This document shows positions 59,606-64,000 of a stretch of 64,000 nucleotides of DNA, one piece after another. Numbering within the stretch: the stretch's first letter is position 1; every line of letters begins with the position of its first letter. The notes under the pieces were generated by a model. It was given only the letters and a program-made list of their open reading frames with translations, searched no databases and had not been told where the DNA came from. The stretch comes from a virus, in the IMG/VR virus record IMGVR_UViG_3300009128_000002. The stretch is one strand, 5' to 3'. The position numbers and the translations under genes were made by a program.

Positions 59606-59923
59606 ATGAAAACTAAACTAAAAGTCGTAACAGAAAAGGCGGCACTTAATATTGTGAAAGAAAAGGATGATGTTGTTATTGTTCATTCTAAAGATGGTTG
59701 TCCAGTTTGTGAATATTTCATTCCAGAAGTATTAGAACCACTTTTTGAGGATTATCCTAATGTAACTGTAAGAATGGTAAAAGAGCAATTGACATTCCCT
59801 GCACCATCACATCCAGTCACTTATTTCTTTAAGAATGGTAAATGTATTATGCACCCTAGTGGTTCTGCACCCGATAATGCAGTTCGTGAAATGATGGATA
59901 AGTTATATGGCAAATCTGTTTAA
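59606..59923 (+). CDS. Thioredoxin-like protein
   Basis: CPVC motif; P....FKNG. Confidence 0.75.
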   Translation: MKTKLKVVTEKAALNIVKEKDDVVIVHSKDGCPVCEYFIPEVLEPLFEDYPNVTVRMVKEQLTFPAPSHPVTYFFKNGKCIMHPSGSAPDNAVREMMDKLYGKSV

Positions 59924-60326
59924 AGATATAATACCTGATTTAAATTATGGTCATAAAAACCTAATTAGAACAGGGGATATGGATGAAAAAGATTATACTA
60001 AGAATACGTTTTTAATAAACCGTTCTTTAAGTATGTCGCCTGATACTATTTTATATACAAATGAAATGAATCATTACTATGACCTTGATAGTGTGCTTCA
60101 ATATGATTATCTTATAAATACTATAAGAAAGAAGAAGAGGTATAATAAGTGGGCAAAAAACACTAAAAAAACCTCTAATCTTGAACTTATACAAGAGTAT
60201 TATAATTATAATGAGCAACGGGCAGTTGAGGTTTTACCATTATTGTCTGAAGATCATTTTGACTTTATAAGAAGCAAAATGAACAAGGGTGGTAATGATG
60301 AATTATCAAGAGGAAAACACAAGTGA
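59907..60326 (+). CDS. gp62: Clamp loader small subunit gp62
   Basis: FLINRSLS, NEMN, QYDYL.N..RK.KR..KW, KGG. Confidence 0.9.
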   Translation: MANLFKDIIPDLNYGHKNLIRTGDMDEKDYTKNTFLINRSLSMSPDTILYTNEMNHYYDLDSVLQYDYLINTIRKKKRYNKWAKNTKKTSNLELIQEYYNYNEQRAVEVLPLLSEDHFDFIRSKMNKGGNDELSRGKHK

Positions 60327-60723
60327 TGTATATGATTGGTCACTTGATAAAATGTTGGAAGTGTCATTTGAACATGATGATGACTTTCTTAAAATAAAAG
60401 AAACATTAACACGTATTGGTGTTGCATCTAATAAAAATAAGGTGTTATTTCAGACTGCACATATTCTACATAAACGTGGCAGATATTATATAGTACATTT
60501 TAAAGAGTTGTTTGCTTTAGATGGAAAAACTTCTTCTATTGAAAGTGTTGATATTGAAAGAAGAAATTCTATTGTGAAATTGCTTGTTGAGTGGAATTTA
60601 TTGACTGTTGTTAACGAAGAACAATTAGAACCAATGGGACACGTTGGACAGTTTAAAGTGATATCGTTTAAAGATAAACGAAATTGGGAGTTGGTGCCCA
60701 AATATACTATTGGTACAAGATAA
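60295..60723 (+). CDS. regA: Translational repressor RegA
   Basis: DDFLKIKETLTRIGVAS, HILHKRGRYYIVHFKELFALDG, W.LVPKY.IG; exact start uncertain. Confidence 0.95.
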   Translation: MMNYQEENTSDVYDWSLDKMLEVSFEHDDDFLKIKETLTRIGVASNKNKVLFQTAHILHKRGRYYIVHFKELFALDGKTSSIESVDIERRNSIVKLLVEWNLLTVVNEEQLEPMGHVGQFKVISFKDKRNWELVPKYTIGTR

Positions 60724-60932
60724 TGAAATACAAACGTTTTTATGATAATTTACAATTTACATCTAAAGACGCCACCCTATCTGATATAATCCTCGCCCTA
60801 CTTGTACTTATGGTATTGACTGTTGTGGCATTCCCACTTATTATAGTATTTGCAGGGTTTGTTTTCCTAACTGCTATATACATTATTATTAGTTGTTTAT
60901 TTAGAAGTGTAAATGATAGAAGATATAAATAA
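60723..60932 (+). CDS. Small membrane protein
   Basis: ATG overlaps regA stop; long hydrophobic segment. Confidence 0.5.
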   Translation: MKYKRFYDNLQFTSKDATLSDIILALLVLMVLTVVAFPLIIVFAGFVFLTAIYIIISCLFRSVNDRRYK

Positions 60933-60963
60933 TAGTATTGTTTAATTTAATAAGGAGTGGTGT

Positions 60964-61377
60964 ATGGTTTGTACTTCTGCCACGTGTACTTGGATAACAA
61001 CTATTTCACAATTAGCAGTAGCAGTAGTTTTTGTGTATGCTGGATTAGTTGTAAATAGTCATATGGAATCATGGACAGAATCCTTCAAGCAAGGACAAGA
61101 AGATTTACATTCTATTAGAGAAAATATGAATACAATTGCTTATTCAATGGAGTCTATTAACCAAGATATGGACGCAATGAATAATACAACAAACAAAATG
61201 AAAACACATATGGGAAGTATGGATTCTTCTGGTATTACTATGAGTAAAGATATGAAAGATTTAAGAAACGACATTGTTATTATGAACGAACAGATATGGA
61301 GAATGAATGGTTCTGTAGGTAATATGTCGGATAAATTCAGCCCTGCTGGGATGATGAGAAGTTTTATGCCCTTTTAG
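60964..61377 (+). CDS. Met-rich membrane-anchored coiled-coil protein
   Basis: Late promoter at 60924-60931, RBS AAGGAG, N-terminal TM, Met heptads. Confidence 0.7.
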   Translation: MVCTSATCTWITTISQLAVAVVFVYAGLVVNSHMESWTESFKQGQEDLHSIRENMNTIAYSMESINQDMDAMNNTTNKMKTHMGSMDSSGITMSKDMKDLRNDIVIMNEQIWRMNGSVGNMSDKFSPAGMMRSFMPF

Positions 61378-61386
61378 GAGAAATAT

Positions 61387-62097
61387 ATGGCAGATTCAGA
61401 AAATGGACAATTTGATATAGATGATGATTTTGAATGGGGGTTCTCGTTTTCGGATAATGATGACGGTGATACAGATGTCGTCGCACAAAAAACGTCAGAG
61501 GCAGTAAGTGCCGATTTAGGTCCAATTACGGCAAAATTAGATGCTATTCTTGCTTTAATACCAACAGATGGTATTGAGAATTCAGAAACAGTAGATGTTG
61601 ATTTGAGTGGTCTTGATAATAAACTAGACCAAATTTTAGCATTAGAAAAAGTTGATGCTTTGACTGCTGGTGATATGCCAGATTTAACACCATTGGAAGA
61701 AAAGGTTGATGAGTTACTATCAAGGGAAACAACCGTTAATGCACCAAGTGTTGATATTGATTTGTCAGAAATCACAGATAAACTTGAAACTATTGAAACA
61801 CAAGTAGGAGAAGTTCGTGAGTTGGATTTTGACGGAAGTGGTAGCGTTGATTTTGGTGACGTTAATAACAATCTTGCTGATTTGTTGGCAAGACAAGAAC
61901 AAGTTGAAGAAGACCTTGAAGCAAAGAAACAAGAGTTTGAAGATTTTAAGGCAAATAAACTTAAAGCATTGGAAAAATTAATCATTCCATTGTTGAAGAA
62001 CTTGAAGAGTAATCCAGACAAAGCATATATTCATTGGCCAAATCGTTCTGGTGTATTAGATGCTCAAATTGCTAAGATTTTAGGAATTACTAGGTAA
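61387..62097 (+). CDS. Acidic coiled-coil protein with conserved C-terminus (IPLLKNLKSNPDKAYIHWPNR) and internal repeats
   Basis: RBS AGGAG; repeated DL..I..KLD.I units. Confidence 0.7.
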   Translation: MADSENGQFDIDDDFEWGFSFSDNDDGDTDVVAQKTSEAVSADLGPITAKLDAILALIPTDGIENSETVDVDLSGLDNKLDQILALEKVDALTAGDMPDLTPLEEKVDELLSRETTVNAPSVDIDLSEITDKLETIETQVGEVRELDFDGSGSVDFGDVNNNLADLLARQEQVEEDLEAKKQEFEDFKANKLKALEKLIIPLLKNLKSNPDKAYIHWPNRSGVLDAQIAKILGITR

Positions 62098-62519
62098 TGT
62101 TTGAGTATAATGCGAAAGTCAAGCGTGTTGTTGATGGTGATACTTTGGACGCTTATATCGACCTCGGTTTTGATGTATGGATACAAAAACGAATTAGACT
62201 CATGGGTATTGATACCCCAGAGTCGAGGACTAGGGACAAGGTAGAAAAACGTTATGGTAAAGGTGCTAAACATAGACTTGTTGAAATACTAGAATACAAC
62301 GATAATAAGTTTACTATTAAATCACACGGCACAGGTAAGTTTGGACGAGTTCTTGGTGAAATGTTAATTGGTGATTTGAACATCAATGAACAAATGATTA
62401 AAGAAGGACACGCAGTGGCATACTTTGGTGGTTCAAAACAAGAAGTCAAAGATGCTCTTATGGAAGCACGTGATCTATCAACTGAATATGTTTTCAAACA
62501 TATACCCGAAATAAAATAA
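62097..62519 (+). CDS. Thermonuclease (SNase-like) family nuclease
   Basis: RVVDGDT, RIRLMGIDTPE, GKFGRVLG. Confidence 0.88.
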   Translation: MFEYNAKVKRVVDGDTLDAYIDLGFDVWIQKRIRLMGIDTPESRTRDKVEKRYGKGAKHRLVEILEYNDNKFTIKSHGTGKFGRVLGEMLIGDLNINEQMIKEGHAVAYFGGSKQEVKDALMEARDLSTEYVFKHIPEIK

Positions 62520-62532
62520 ATCAAATAAAAAC

Positions 62533-62561
62533 TTGACTATTCATTTTTGTTATGGTATAAT
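62533..62561 (+). promoter_or_regulatory. Sigma70-type promoter
   Basis: TTGACT-17 nt-TATAAT with TG extension. Confidence 0.8.
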
Positions 62562-62591
62562 ATACATTAAATACCACAATAAAGGAAGAAT

Positions 62592-63191
62592 ATGAAAGAT
62601 ACGGTTGTATTAGATTTAGAAACCCTTGGTAGTTTAAATAATTCTGTAATTTTATCTGTTGGTATGGTCGCTGTAGATTCTGCTGAGGATTATGAGTTTG
62701 CAGATTTAATAAAACACGGTTTTTATGCAAAACTTGATGTTGCTAGTCAAGTAAAAGATGGACGCAAAATATACAAAGATACTTTGGATTGGTGGGAAAA
62801 ACAAGGCCCCGACGCTCAACGAATTCTAAAACCACTTAAAACTGATATGCATTGGAGTAAGTTAATGCCTGCAATGTTTAATTGGTTTAAAAAAGAGGGT
62901 ATCGATTTCGATAAAGCAAAATTCTATTCTAGAGGAAGTCATTTTGACTTTGCTTTATTACACGACTTATTCCGTATTACTGGTGATGCAGGTGCAATGG
63001 AAATACCGTGGAGGTATTGGAATATACACGACTCAAAAACAGTGGTAGAAACACTTTTAGGACATGATGTTGATGTAAATCCTAAAGGGTTTATTCACCA
63101 CGATTGCCTACACGATGCTGCCCGTGAATATCTTAAAATGGAATTAGCAATTTACCAATTTCAACAAACACTTGAGGATAAGAATGATTGA
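62592..63191 (+). CDS. dexA: DEDDh 3'-5' exonuclease, DexA-like
   Basis: DLETL, TLDWW.KQ, RGSHFD, HDCLHDA. Confidence 0.75.
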   Translation: MKDTVVLDLETLGSLNNSVILSVGMVAVDSAEDYEFADLIKHGFYAKLDVASQVKDGRKIYKDTLDWWEKQGPDAQRILKPLKTDMHWSKLMPAMFNWFKKEGIDFDKAKFYSRGSHFDFALLHDLFRITGDAGAMEIPWRYWNIHDSKTVVETLLGHDVDVNPKGFIHHDCLHDAAREYLKMELAIYQFQQTLEDKND

Positions 63192-63477
63192 TTTAGATGA
63201 GAATTTTGATGATTATGAAGATGCAAGGTTTTATGATGTTTCTTTATGTTTTGACTGGTTAGATTTAGATAACTGTGTTACCTTTGAAATGGTTTCAGAT
63301 GGCCCTGTTGAAGATAAAATTTCATTAGTGGAATCTATACTTGAGGGTTATGGGGGCATCGCAGAGATGGATGATGGTACTATAATTAATCTTAAAAGGT
63401 TTTTAAATGCATATGTTATTGAAAGAGAAGAAGGTAAAAATACAAAGGTCAAGACAAAATTTAATATAGTACATTAA
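63184..63477 (+). CDS. Hypothetical acidic protein
   Basis: RBS GAGGA and ATG at 63184. Confidence 0.55.
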   Translation: MIDLDENFDDYEDARFYDVSLCFDWLDLDNCVTFEMVSDGPVEDKISLVESILEGYGGIAEMDDGTIINLKRFLNAYVIEREEGKNTKVKTKFNIVH

Positions 63478-63478
63478 T

Positions 63479-64000
63479 ATGAATGATTTGAAATTGAAAG
63501 ACTTTGTTAAGATATACGATAATGTCGTACCACTGAATTTATGTGACACAATAATAAAAGAATTTAAAAATCAATCAGAACACCATATTATGAGTAAAGT
63601 TGGTGACAGTGAAGAATTTAATGATTACCGACAAGCAATAGAAATGAATTGTTCTGTTGTCGCTGATAATGATGATAAATGGAAAATGATTCTGCACTCA
63701 TTAAATAGTATGGTTATGGGGTATTTGCGAAGATACAAATACGATATGAGTTTATTGGGTGTTCCTGATATTTCTATTCCAGACAGTAATATTTTTGAAG
63801 AATGGAGAATGCACCAATACGACAAAGAAAAGCATTTTTATAAAAAACACGTAGATTCACACGATAGTAATTCTTCTAATAGAATGTTGGCATTTTTATT
63901 CTATCCTAACACAGTGGAAGAAGGTGGTGAAACTGCCTTTACAGACCACCTTGAAGGAATAGAATGTAAACCAGTTGCAGGTAGATTATTAATATTTCCT
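63479..64000 (+). CDS. 2OG-Fe(II) oxygenase (prolyl hydroxylase-like), 3' partial
   Basis: Not in the ORF track; translates MNDLKLKDFVKIYDNVVP...KKHVD...RMLAFLFYPNTVEEGGETAF...PVAGRLLIFP (HxD and GGET motifs). Confidence 0.85.
   Translation, partial: MNDLKLKDFVKIYDNVVPLNLCDTIIKEFKNQSEHHIMSKVGDSEEFNDYRQAIEMNCSVVADNDDKWKMILHSLNSMVMGYLRRYKYDMSLLGVPDISIPDSNIFEEWRMHQYDKEKHFYKKHVDSHDSNSSNRMLAFLFYPNTVEEGGETAFTDHLEGIECKPVAGRLLIFP

Noticed and set aside
61374-62021. 215-aa minus-strand ORF and other short antisense or alternate-frame ORFs in the track (e.g. 43101-43574, 48444-48839)
   Set aside because: Shadow ORFs of well-supported + strand genes with biased codon usage; no RBS or motifs
1-64000. 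tRNA genes, inteins, homing endonucleases, stop-codon reassignment
   Set aside because: No cloverleaf recognised in the short intergenic gaps; gp17, UvsW, gp46 and gp44 have ordinary lengths; core genes are intact under code 11

Overview
A 64-kb segment of an AT-rich T4-like myovirus genome whose gene order resembles that of marine T4-like phages; almost all genes are on the + strand. In order: (1) Baseplate/fibre region (1-26.4 kb): a 5'-truncated giant protein in the gp7 position with a glucose/sorbosone dehydrogenase-like beta-propeller, gp8, a VrlC/DUF4815 protein, two giant mosaic fibre-like proteins, and a tandemly duplicated Cys/Gly-rich fibre + assembly-chaperone cassette. (2) Tailoring island (26.5-33.5 kb): flavin-dependent halogenase, GT9-like glycosyltransferase, carbamoyltransferase, HldD, a cupin and HldE. 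(3) Canonical morphogenesis block gp13-gp23, then gp3, uvsY and uvsW. (4) A 625-nt non-coding but highly structured interval. (5) Replication/transcription block: gp55, gp47, gp46, CobT/CobS-like vWA-MoxR pair, gp45, gp44, gp62, regA, SNase, DexA-like exonuclease and a partial 2OG-Fe(II) oxygenase. The most unusual features are: (a) the 49.58-50.2 kb interval, with a promoter-driven structured RNA candidate followed by a two-fold symmetric element whose c-GAA-g DNA-type hairpins lie on opposite strands (candidate RNA-primed origin); (b) an apparently metal-loaded virion, with a quinoprotein-like propeller, cupredoxin domains and many HxH modules; (c) a Cys-Cys-Trp mini-module inserted into several structural proteins including gp13 and gp8; (d) a patchwork-identical duplicated fibre cassette; and (e) an ADP-heptose/heptosyltransferase/carbamoyltransferase island next to the fibres. 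All calls come from motif recognition and synteny by eye; no database searches were run.
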